Shown one piece after another: positions 23,217 through 34,328 of a stretch of 64,000 bases of DNA. The position numbers were made by a program, and so were the translations under genes. The stretch spans positions 434,001 to 498,000 of the forward strand of contig BCKZ01000002.1 in assembly GCA_001600815.1 (NCBI GenBank), read 5' to 3'. The first letter of the stretch is position 1. Each line of letters opens with the position of its first letter. This DNA comes from Alloascoidea hylecoeti. Lineage: Eukaryota. Under the pieces are notes generated by a model. That model saw nothing but the letters and a program-made list of their open reading frames with translations, was not told where the DNA came from and searched no databases.

Positions 23217-23438
23217 TGTGATGAAATAATATTCGGACATGTTTTCGAAAATTCGGAGGATTATTCTCCGGAAATTACCCAAAATCTTTCTTTTTCAAAA
23301 ACCATAATTAGTGGAAATGTCCGATTCTAACTTTCTTTGTAAGTAACAATTTAAAGTTCTTATTCCATATCTTCTATTTAGATCGAAAACCGCCACAGAA
23401 AAAAAAAATAAGAACCCAAAAAAAAGCAAAAAGGAAAA

Positions 23439-23510
23439 CTCCGATACGGGGAATCGAACCCCGAACTGCCCGGTGAAAGCGGACCGTGCTAGCCGTTACA
23501 CTATATCGGA
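23439..23510 (-). tRNA. tRNA-Glu (anticodon TTC), intronless
   Basis: TCCGATA-TA-GTGTAACGGCTAGCAC-G-GTCCG-CTTTCAC-CGGGC-AGTT-CGGGG-TTCGATT-CCCCG-TATCGGA-G; full cloverleaf with oligo-T terminator downstream. Confidence 0.98.
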
Positions 23511-23795
23511 AACAATTGTTGACCAAATCCAAGGGGTGGCCGTCATAGTCGTCTATGGCTTTCAGTTAACCAAATTTGGGCCTATATTAAAGATTAGGGT
23601 CGTAATAAACTTCTACCTAAGGAAGAAACTGAGATACATGAAAGACAAGACATTCTATTATATCAGTATCAACTTTACACATTCCCAGGTTTACTTACAC
23701 TATCATAAATTATATATTATATAATTTCTTTTTTATGTAGGTTTAAAAAACATAAATAAACAAAATACATTGATATGATATAAGCAAATGAAGGT

Positions 23796-23969
23796 CTATT
23801 CACATGCACATTCAAGATCTACTTCATCCGAATTATCCTTATTCATTATGTCCTTTACATTCATAAGCCTATTGAATGTTTCGATTTTCTTGACTCTTTC
23901 TGAAAGATCGACGACTTGTGGACCAAGACTATTGGCCGTATATCTACTTGTTGATTGTTTATCTTCCAT
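23796..23969 (-). CDS. Candidate small protein, 57 aa (below ORF-track cutoff)
   Basis: MEDKQSTSRYTANSLGPQVVDLSERVKKIETFNRLMNVKDIMNKDNSDEVDLECACE; good start context (agaATGG); host-like codons. Confidence 0.4.
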   Translation of the reverse strand: MEDKQSTSRYTANSLGPQVVDLSERVKKIETFNRLMNVKDIMNKDNSDEVDLECACE

Positions 23970-26900
23970 TCTAATTATCTTATTTACAGTTATTAATACC
24001 TTTAGTTCGTGTATTAATTAATATAAATATGTTGATAATATTGATGTTAAAATTTAGTATTGAAGTAGTGGAGTCTAAATATCTATCGAACTATCATATA
24101 TATTGTTGTGTCAATTTGCACTGACTTGATTGGTCAATATAATTTTATTTTAGAAACTTTTAATTGTATAAGGTGAACTTTAACATGATACGATAGTGCC
24201 ATTTATAACTTATATTGTATGTTTTCCCTATTCGGATCTGAAATTGGAATATACTCTTTCGTCAACCTGGAAGTAAGATTCCGGTAAAACAAAAAGTATC
24301 AGTATTATGAATAATAATATCTCGACAATGTAAAAGTAGAATTAACATTAATATTATCTAGCGCTGATCAATTGTAACTTCTACAATTACTATTCATAGT
24401 TATATACATGTATAGCTATAAAGCTATTGTACTTGTAAGGTTATAAACTTATATAGTTAGGGTTATATAGGCCTATATGCTATAAATTATAATCTTCACC
24501 CAGCAAATATATATAATCTTGTATACATTGTTATGTATTAGAAAGCAAGGTTAAAATAGAGTAATACTATACTATTATAATGTTAGCGTTATATTATAAT
24601 TATGAAAATTTTATATTTAAACCCATGGCCATTATATTGTGAAGTCATCTCAGAAGTAGTTATCCTTATATATTAATATAATTATATTAATTAATAACAT
24701 CCGATGGAGGTGAATGTTAATGGGTTCCCAGTGGAATTAGTACCTTTCTAGATCTATAGGCTATACATCGACTACACAATGTACATAATATTTTCTCCTT
24801 TGTTTAGATCTAGAAGATGATAGAATATCAAAGAAAAGGTTAGAAATAATAGAAATTGTACGAGGTACAACATATATACCATATATATTGATTTGTAAGG
24901 TCTTATAATTAAAACCGCCAAAACTAACTTAGGTTGGTACGAATATATAAGTTATAGCTTTTGATGCAGCTGCTTATAAATTTGTATGTATTCCATTATT
25001 TCCATACATAATTAACCCTACACCTGATCTTGTGAATTCAAGTTTTGTAGACAATGAAACCGGAAATAGGCGTTACTCCAGTATTTTGTAAAAACAAAGC
25101 TTAATGTTGAAGATTGAAGCATTGAAGATAGTGAGTTGTATGTTTTCAGGATGTCTTAAAGGTAAAACAAACATAAATAGTAATCATAACATATGAAATA
25201 TACAGTATGCGTGAAAATATCATGAAACTTAAAATACATACCAGTTATAGGAGAATTAGTGATCGCGATACATACTGGCCGTGGTAGACTCACGATCAGA
25301 CTAGTAGCTAATATTAATAGCTATGGTACTAGGCCTATGGTTAATATTATGCTATTTTTAATTGTTGGTAGCTGCAGTCATCTGTTTATATAAATGCTTT
25401 ATCCAACCGCCGACCTTGTTGTTGACTTTTTATTCTAATTTCTGTTTTTCTTGAAGTTCTTTATTTTTTAGAATTCTAGAAGCAAGAAGACAATTTGTTG
25501 GATTCCATAAAATCACGTAGCATAATATTTTAAGTAGGATAATTTTAATATAGGTTTATTGTTTAATTTGTAATATTTTGTATTAAAAATGGTATAAATT
25601 TTTTCAGTTGCAGAGTTCAATAATGTTGATTTTTAGGCATAACAATTATATAATTGAATTTCATGAATTCGACTCCACATATCATATAATTTGAAGCTAT
25701 CTTACAGCGGTGCATTTCATCGATTCCTTTTCAGCTCTCTCATACGATTACATAAGATGAGCGTGATAATATATTCATCATGATTTTTAGGTCACATGAT
25801 CGTATCTGTCATCCAATCCTGATCAGTAGGTTTTGTAGTAGTAAAATTACTGCATACCAAAAACGTTTGATCTCACAAATTTAGAGTAACATAGAATATA
25901 AATACATATAATCATTAGCTTTAGAATGGAAAACAATTATCCATCGTAAATTTTAAACAAGGAATTCCGTCTATGTCAAACTGGAATTAAATGTTAGCTT
26001 GTTTCAGTAGAAATTTAAGATTTGGGTATCTTAGATCTGAGATCTTAAGCTTATAATTACATAGCACGGATTTTCCCCATACAGGGTCATACTCCGAAAA
26101 TATATAGAATTGGATCATTAAGGATTGGAATTCAAGTAAGATAATGGGAAGGATTTTTAATTGATTTAAATTATAAACGTGAAATGGAACTTTTGTGTAA
26201 ATTTTGTGACCTTTCAACGAACTTTCATAATATTATGTGGCTTTTATGATTAAAAATAAATACAATTACATACTTATAACATACGTATATATTAATATTA
26301 GTACTAATAAGTAAACAATTGTAAGTCAAACTTATAAATTTTATATATGTATACCGATTTCCCCACCTTATATAATTGCAGGCTAACTATAGGCTAAACC
26401 ACAGAAGAAATATCGTCTATTACACCAACTACGGCTAAGCCATTGATTGGTAAAATTTCTCCTATACAGGAGAAGGATTTTTAGTTCCCCTCATGATACC
26501 ATTCTGTTGACATGGTTTGATAAAAGGTCGGCAGTGATTATTTGTAAATCTGATTGGTTTGTCCTAATTAAGTAGTCAAAAAATTAAAAAAGATAACCGT
26601 GGTTCCCATTCTGACAATTTATAGAATGATACAATCAAAAATATTTGAGAAACAGATTAATAAAATAAAATTTAAAAGAAAGAGGAATTGCTAAAAACAT
26701 TATACAATTGCAATTATAATTAGATGAATTTTTCATTATAACTTGCTTATAATCATCATGCATGTTTATTTATGCAAACCACGACCACGACCGCGAATAC
26801 GATGATGATGATGAAGAAATATATCGCGCTCTGTTTCACAATATTAAAATATGAATAACTAATCTACTGTAAGAAATTGAGATCAAGATCATCTCATGTG

Positions 26901-28101
26901 ATTAGGTAAAATTTCATCAATTATTTAATGTATAACAATGATATAAACTGGTGACTTTCTAAGAAGTGAATGTACTTGAAATACAACTATGTAGTAAATG
27001 TATCAGGCACTTAAGCTTAGATAATAGAATTCTATATTAAGCTAAACTTTGAGTGCTTTAAAACTAATACTACCACTATACATGTACAGCATAAGAGGTT
27101 TGCTTTCCTTCGTAAAATCGGCGTCTTTCTAAGGGGGTTTTAATTCTTGCGTATATGTAAAAATGTAATTATAGGAGAGATCTGGATATTGACATAGTGG
27201 TGCGACACTCTCAAGTGCCATCCAGTCAAGGTGTTATAAATAATATATAGCGACATCAATGGTGTATGGTATGAAATTCCGTAAAGCGTAATTATATTGA
27301 GATGTGGAGCAGATGAGCCAGAACATTGGGGCTCCACTTCTTGCTCTTAATATCAGATGATCATCACAAACAAGAGAAAGTAGCCTTAAGCTTCCATTTT
27401 TTACCAGAGAATTCTGTTTTGAAATCTGAAGTTACCAACATCGGAAGCCAAGGAATATAATATTCCGCGGCCAGTTACTGCTCCTGCGCGGCTAACAGCA
27501 CATTGCGTATAGACACTGAAAAGTTTTATAATTTTCAATTACATGAGTTGATTATAATTATTAAAGCATGCTGGAATCCTCCAGAAGAGAGTGCCTTTCA
27601 TATTAATCCAACACGGGGATAATTGATGATTGATCAGTGTCCAGTGGATAGATCAACATCATAAAGTTTCTGTCCGTAGTAGGCGTATGACCCCAGCTCT
27701 AAGCTAGGATGCTGCTAGGATTTCGACAAAGTATAAATATGATTCTTTCATGGGATTATCTGATACATGTAGTATTATATTATTCTCTGGATCTTCTTCA
27801 ATCCACACAATTTGAGGATTAATATTAATTACTGGTTTCAAACGTTTGATTGCTGCAAATCACTCAAAACGGGTCTTGCATACCCAACAGTCCCAATGGG
27901 CCTGTTATCCAAAAATATATTACCTCATCCGATGACTCGCAGCACAAGGTTTCTGGAAAACAAAATTTAAAAATCTTTTTTTTTTCTGCAGTTTCATATT
28001 AAAAGGGCTGTTATCTCTCTTTCTTCCTTCTTTTCCTTTCCTACTTCCTTTCACAATATTGTGTCTCCGTCTCAAAAATTCATCTCGATTTTTATCTCTA
28101 G

Positions 28102-29943
28102 ATGCCTTACGCTTCGCCAACATTATCCAGAAGGTCTAGTGTCAGCAGCAATTCCACATCATCGAGTTCTCCGAAACCACCCCGACCTATCTCTTTTCCT
28201 GATAATCATGACCCACGCGATCCACGTGAAGGGCCATCAGATGACTCCATCAATCATACTTCGATCGATGGTTCACACGGTCTTGATCTCTTTTCGGCCC
28301 TCCAGTTCCCAAACTTAGTTCTGTCTCCGTCCAATCCTTCTTCTCATCAATGGTCCTCTACAAATCAGATTATGCAAATTATGTCCAAAAAGCCACATTC
28401 TTCGGAGCCTATATTAGAACCGAAGCACAGACGTGTGTTGTCCGATAATACAAAATTTAACACTAATCTATCAAAGCTGGATCTTTCCAATATTTCCGAT
28501 TTTCCTGATCATGATCAGAACTCAAAGGACACACCCATTTCACCGATCGATTCTGGCATTTTTTCTCCATATGGTTGCGGAACATCTTACACATCATCAC
28601 CACTCGTGAAAAAGAAGTCGGGTGAGTTGGTTCGTTCATCCCTTAAGTTGCCTTCTCTAAATAGACCCTTATCTCTCCCGACACATTCAAAATCAGTTCA
28701 TTTCGATACTGGCCATATGACAGATGTGAGACATTTCAAAGATAATGAAAAACCAACTGCGGTTTCAGCAAGTAGCTCACCGACAAGACTGGGTAGGCGA
28801 TCGGTTTCTACTGGTAGAATTAATATCAATTGGAACCTAGACGATTCTGATTCTGAATCTGATGATGGTGACGATAGTGATTTTGCTCAATCATCTTCAT
28901 CTTCAACCGATAGTGACGAAGAAGATTTGTCCCGGAGATATAATTTCACTAGGAGAAGAAAGAGAAGACAAAATTGGACTCTCAATTTGCCAAATTTTCC
29001 AAATAATACCCACCCAACTAGAAACGGTGCTGTAGTCTTTTTGGACCGTTGTTACATCAACAATGATAAAAATAGCGTGATTGGACATGTGGCCGTGAAA
29101 AATCTTTCTTTTAATAAGTATGTTTGTATACGATACACTTTTGATTACTGGAAGACAGTTACTGAGGTAGTTGCCAAATATAATGACGATAATCCAAAGC
29201 ATTTACAACAAGAAGGTTATGATCGTTTTACTTTTGCTATTGAACTTTCTGCTTTACCTCCTTCAACATTAAAATCAAAAGCAATGTTCTTTTATATTCG
29301 TTATTCTGTTAATAATTGTGACTACTACGATAACAACAATACTCTTAATTATGAGATTATGTTCAAACTGACTGATCCCTCAAAAAATGATAATAAGCCA
29401 ACAAACGTTAAACCCAAATATAGTAAAAAATCATCTGATTTTTCATCTCTAAATTCTGACACAGATGCTTTTCTCTCTGCATCAAAGAAAATTAATAAAG
29501 ACAATAATAGCAAAATTCAATCCGTGGAAACATATACTGACACGTTGGACGAATACCTTAGATCAATTAGGTCTCCTAGAGTTTTATTTTCATCACCACG
29601 TTTGGGTTCCAGCAGTTTTGAATCAATGGCACTAGCAAATCCATCGGGATACAGATTTCCTTTATTGGATAATGATCAAAATAATGCCGTGGGTTATGAA
29701 ATGACTGGGTCCTCTGGCTCTTACTTTGATCGTACACAAAATGAACGTGGTAGACCAGCTGATCCAAAACATACATCAACTAATGGAATATATGGAAAAT
29801 CTTCTACTAATGATAATTCTACCATCAATAAATCTTCTAAGCCTTTTGTGGCTCCTCGTCAAATGAGTTCAAGTGAACGTCCAGCTTTGGATTCGACAAC
29901 ATACAAAAATATAGTGGAAAGTTATTGTTTCTATAGAAGCTAA
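28102..29943 (+). CDS. GAC1: PP1 (Glc7) glycogen-targeting regulatory subunit with CBM21 domain, Gac1/Pig1 family
   Basis: LVKKKSGELVRSSLK, RVxF motif KSVHF, GHVAVKNLSFNKYVCIRYTFDYWKT, YDRFTF, YYDNNNTLNY, terminal Y..IVESYCFY. Confidence 0.85.
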   Translation: MPYASPTLSRRSSVSSNSTSSSSPKPPRPISFPDNHDPRDPREGPSDDSINHTSIDGSHGLDLFSALQFPNLVLSPSNPSSHQWSSTNQIMQIMSKKPHSSEPILEPKHRRVLSDNTKFNTNLSKLDLSNISDFPDHDQNSKDTPISPIDSGIFSPYGCGTSYTSSPLVKKKSGELVRSSLKLPSLNRPLSLPTHSKSVHFDTGHMTDVRHFKDNEKPTAVSASSSPTRLGRRSVSTGRININWNLDDSDSESDDGDDSDFAQSSSSSTDSDEEDLSRRYNFTRRRKRRQNWTLNLPNFPNNTHPTRNGAVVFLDRCYINNDKNSVIGHVAVKNLSFNKYVCIRYTFDYWKTVTEVVAKYNDDNPKHLQQEGYDRFTFAIELSALPPSTLKSKAMFFYIRYSVNNCDYYDNNNTLNYEIMFKLTDPSKNDNKPTNVKPKYSKKSSDFSSLNSDTDAFLSASKKINKDNNSKIQSVETYTDTLDEYLRSIRSPRVLFSSPRLGSSSFESMALANPSGYRFPLLDNDQNNAVGYEMTGSSGSYFDRTQNERGRPADPKHTSTNGIYGKSSTNDNSTINKSSKPFVAPRQMSSSERPALDSTTYKNIVESYCFYRS

Positions 29944-31014
29944 ATTGATTAACAAAACTCTCCCTCTCTTCTTTTACCTTGTAGTTATGATTTTAAAGAT
30001 ACATTGATTAGTTAATGCGATATAGTCATATTTGATGCATCGTATCCTGGTGATAATATTGTGTTCACTCACTTAAATGACTGTTGATCTTTACATTTGA
30101 AACTTGAAAAATGCGTCTTTTTTCTTTTCTAACTTTCTATTTTACAATTTTTTTTCGGAATTTCATAAATAGCGAGGTTTTTTTTTATAAACACCTACTT
30201 TTATTACTCACTAAATTCATATATCAGTGCTCCGTTTATTCCTGTTTCTTTTTCTTTTGTTTTTTATATATGTATTTTTTCTCTTTTCTTTTTTTTATTT
30301 ATTTGTTTTTATGCATAGCTTTTTCTTTTCAAAACATTTTTTTTTATTATTAACTTACGATTACTAATTGTTAATTTATGATCATTATTATATTTATTAA
30401 CACATTCGTCATTAATTGGTAGGTTATATTGGTTTATTAATATCCGTTGATTCAATAATGATACAGTACAGGTATTTCTTTCAAGCACATGCCTTATTAA
30501 TATAAGCATACTAACTCAATATTATTTTTTATTTATTTATTAATTTTTTTATTCACATGATTATTGGTTCTATTTTTCATTCTTTGATTTGTTCGTGTGA
30601 ACTGTTTAAAACTAAATTTGCAATTTTGGCTTTGGAACGAGTTGGGTATGTTATTGATTTGATATATTTTGCTTATTTTATAATTAATTTCTGCAGTTTG
30701 GTTTATTTTTATACCATCTGAAAAACTAATTTATTTATATAAGCGCATATTGTTATTCTCTGATTTTAGTTTTATAAGGATTTTTTTAGTGTTGAAAGAT
30801 TGTTTATATATAACATATATAATTTGAATAAAATATAATTCTTGGAATATTTTTCAATTATAAAAGCAAGAAAATGTCACAAGTCATTTATTACTAGTTT
30901 ATTGTTAGCCTGTTTTGAAGCTTAATCCTCATTTACTCATTTAAATAGCTTGTGTTCGCCTCTTTCTAAAGAACTTCTTTCAATCAATAATCTACAATAC
31001 AATGCAAATATATC

Positions 31015-31190
31015 ACAATTTATTTATAACAACCGGTTTCGAAACATAAGTTACCAGTTAAGATAGATAGATGTTAATGTCATTAGTGCATCTGGCTTAT
31101 TAACTCTTCTTAATACTTATTATTACAATTTATTTACGACTGGTTTGCGAAACATAAGTTTAGCAGTTACGCAAACCCAGATAGATTTAG
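31015..31190. repeat. Diverged local direct duplication (period 110 bp) with internal inverted repeats
   Basis: ACAATTTATTTA..GGTTT(G)CGAAACATAAGTT..CAGTTA..AGATAGAT at 31015 and 31125. Confidence 0.7.
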
Positions 31191-32085
31191 TATAAATTAC
31201 AATGAAAGAACCTGAAGTTGTAAAAGATCTTATTCCTATAAATATTATGACAAACTACTTTTATCTATTTTAGGACAAAAAGTACAATTGGAATTGCAAG
31301 CAAGATGTTCGACAAAATATACTCCAACAATGTAATTAGCTAGGCAGTGCAATTGCCAACCGTTGTGGGAGATAGGAAACACACTTTAGATTTTCCAATT
31401 GCAATTAATAGGTGTATAATTTGTTGTGAACTTACACACAATACAACACATATCACGAAACTTTTACCGAATATCATGAAAAAAAAAAATAAGAAAAAAT
31501 ATTACTGATCTTTAATGACTCCAAGAAGTTCAAGATACGAATCTAACCTTTAAGAGAAATATGATCCAAGCAATTGTGGATAACATATCAAATCTATGTG
31601 TTTAGAAAATTAACACCTTCATCTTCGTACGAGGAATATGCTTACACATTTTCAAATATTATTTTCAAATACAGCCAGATGATTGTGGACCGTTGTAAGC
31701 AGTAAAATATTGGTAGAATAGTAATGACAGTATAGCTATATCAGTCCTAACTAATGTACCAATTGAATTGGTATTGATATACGATGCAATTGGTCCATAT
31801 CTACAATGTAATATTACCTAGCTTTCTGTATATAAATTTGATTAGTCACATACAAGTAGTTGGTGTTACAGCGTAGTTTGGGATAACCCGTAACAGCTGG
31901 TATAATGTAGTTGTACCTTAGGACCAATTATTTATTGTTTACAGTGGTTCATAATTAGCAAACTGTATAAGGCTTTTACCTAATCATCTTTTCTTAAATG
32001 AGGTCTATTAATAAATTTCACATAGAAAGTGTATTAAAGGTTATATAATGTACCAGTATGCTATATCTATAAATATACCCTTACA

Positions 32086-33723
32086 TTAAAAATGAACACC
32101 AAGTTTTCTTAATCTATTTTCTGTAACCAAGAAACTATCAGGAAATATATCATTCAAATGCGGATCAATGTGCTTCCCTAGATATTTGTTCACAAGATAC
32201 TCTGCTGATTTATAAACTCGAGTCATTCCATGTCCATTAAAACCAGCACAGATTAGAACACTACCGCCTACTTTATGTTTAACTTTATCAATGACAGTAG
32301 TACCACCATAGTTATTAATAATAAGGCTATCACCAGCTTTTTCAAATAAACTATCCGGAAGTTGACCAACAAATGGGGCTTTATCCTTAGTAAAGCCCAT
32401 TATTCCAGACCATGCAGATAATTTCTCCAAAGGCTTTAATTTCGCCAGTGTAGAATTTCTTAATTTGTTAAATTTATCATTCCCATCTTCAATTAAATCT
32501 TTCTCCTCATCGTTTATATTTTGTGTTTGCTTTTTTAGTTGAAATCCGAATTGACTCTCTAAAAAAGTATCAAGGATTTTATCGATATAAGGATTTAAAG
32601 TAGGATTATCCAAACCACATTCACCACCTTTAGCAAAATGCCTACATCCTCCAAAAACAACATAATGCTCATTTTCATTATCATTACTTCCAATTTCATT
32701 TGGAGGATTTCTATGTTTCGGGAAGATAATTAAATACTCATCTTCGCTGTTAACTATGTTTAAATAAACTTTTTCATTATTCTTAACACTTGTCGAATAA
32801 TGAACTACTTGTCCCCGAACAGTAGTTACAGAATCTTTAAAGTTTGGTAGTATTGACCCAGTAAATCCATTTGTTGCAATAACAACATCATTGGTTTTAA
32901 TTATACCTTTAACAGTTTCAACAGTATATTTATATTCATCGGTGTCATCGTTTAAGAGAATTTTATTGGCCTTTGCATTTGTATAAAATTTTAAGCCATT
33001 TAGAACAGAACGAAGTAAGAACCAATTAGTAAGGAGGTAGGGGTTAATTGGTGTTCCTTTCGTTGTTATCGAACCCCATTGATTTTGAATACCAAGCTTT
33101 TCGGCAGTAGTATCTCTATTATATATTTTCAAATCATCAATATCACCCTCACCGACTGTTCTAAGCAATTCGATCTGCTGTCTAGCTTTGATGAATGCAG
33201 CAGGGGAAGTATAAATAATCCAAGCTGAATTTTCCTTGCCATGAGTCAAACTGTATTCTTCATCTGTGAAATGTGTCCAACACTCAATGTTATTATCAGA
33301 TATTAATTTTTGTAATGATCTGTATGTTTCAAGTTCAAAAAGATTTTGTTTAACTCCTTCTTCCAGTGATTTATTGTACTTTTCATTATTATCTTCCTCA
33401 TTCTCAAATTCCGATCTTAACGGTATAAAATCATAAGAATGGGGGAACAGATGGCCACCATTTCTTCCACTAGCCCCTTGACAAGCTTCTCCATCTTCCA
33501 GGAGTACAACTCTAGGGGTTATCTTATCTTGAACTTTACTAGAAGTTTCCGTATCCGAGTGTTGTTTCTTATCTTTAAGTAGATGGTATGCAGTACTAGC
33601 TCCACTATATCCACTACCGATAATTAGTACATCAGTAGATTCTGGGAGTTTCGAAGTAGAATTATGGTCAGCTAATATTGACTTTTGAGCCATCCATAGC
33701 GAAGATGTTAGTTTATCAGACAT
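32086..33723 (-). CDS. FAD-dependent oxidoreductase, DAO/PuuB-like family
   Basis: DVLIIGSGYSG (GxGxxG), GASGRNGGH, VVIATNGFT, VRGQV, WSGIMGFT.D..PFVG, AGFNGHGM. Confidence 0.92.
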   Translation of the reverse strand: MSDKLTSSLWMAQKSILADHNSTSKLPESTDVLIIGSGYSGASTAYHLLKDKKQHSDTETSSKVQDKITPRVVLLEDGEACQGASGRNGGHLFPHSYDFIPLRSEFENEEDNNEKYNKSLEEGVKQNLFELETYRSLQKLISDNNIECWTHFTDEEYSLTHGKENSAWIIYTSPAAFIKARQQIELLRTVGEGDIDDLKIYNRDTTAEKLGIQNQWGSITTKGTPINPYLLTNWFLLRSVLNGLKFYTNAKANKILLNDDTDEYKYTVETVKGIIKTNDVVIATNGFTGSILPNFKDSVTTVRGQVVHYSTSVKNNEKVYLNIVNSEDEYLIIFPKHRNPPNEIGSNDNENEHYVVFGGCRHFAKGGECGLDNPTLNPYIDKILDTFLESQFGFQLKKQTQNINDEEKDLIEDGNDKFNKLRNSTLAKLKPLEKLSAWSGIMGFTKDKAPFVGQLPDSLFEKAGDSLIINNYGGTTVIDKVKHKVGGSVLICAGFNGHGMTRVYKSAEYLVNKYLGKHIDPHLNDIFPDSFLVTENRLRKLGVHF

Positions 33724-34328
33724 CCGGTATAGATTTGAAGTTAATATTAGTCTGCTATCAGTAGATTTGGATGTTTGGGTTTACTGTTCATATGGAGAGC
33801 TTTCTAATATGAAGAAATATCCTTATTTCGATTATATACAATAACAACATAGCTGATCATGAAAGAAGCCATAATATTTTCATAGATAAGTCTTTAAGTT
33901 TATCTAGTACTTTACTCCCTGAGTACAAATGTAATCTAAGACCACTCGTCTTCATTATCATTTCAACTTCCAGATCAATTAACATTTGCAATTAGCTACA
34001 GATTCATTTAAATACATATGCATTGTTATTGTTTCTATCAAATTTGCTTTCTCATTTTTATTTTATAGTTATTATACAAACATCAATATTTATTATTATT
34101 ACACACCCAAAATTTCATAAACCAAAAGAGCTAACTAACTCCAATTTAACAAATAAAACTTGAAAACTAGATATTTAGCAATAATTATAAGAAGAAAAGA
34201 AGAAGAATCCCCGATTTTATACATATTCATCATCAATCAAGGGGTTAACTTAGAAGTTTTTGTATTATATTGTAATATTGTCAGTCATGAATTGAAGTTA
34301 ACGTTTATAATGAATCTTTGAATATAGC

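Noticed and set aside
26762..26853. 30-aa ORF MFIYANHDHDREYDDDDEEIY...
   Set aside because: Explained by short CACGAC/GAT repeats; no other support
30111..30520. Phe-rich ORF and a TACTAAC at ~30510
   Set aside because: T-rich 3' UTR of GAC1; no nearby acceptor AG after the branch-like motif
31380..31700. Ulp1-protease-like fragment (QPDDCGP)
   Set aside because: Single short motif; no His-Trp motif or continuous frame
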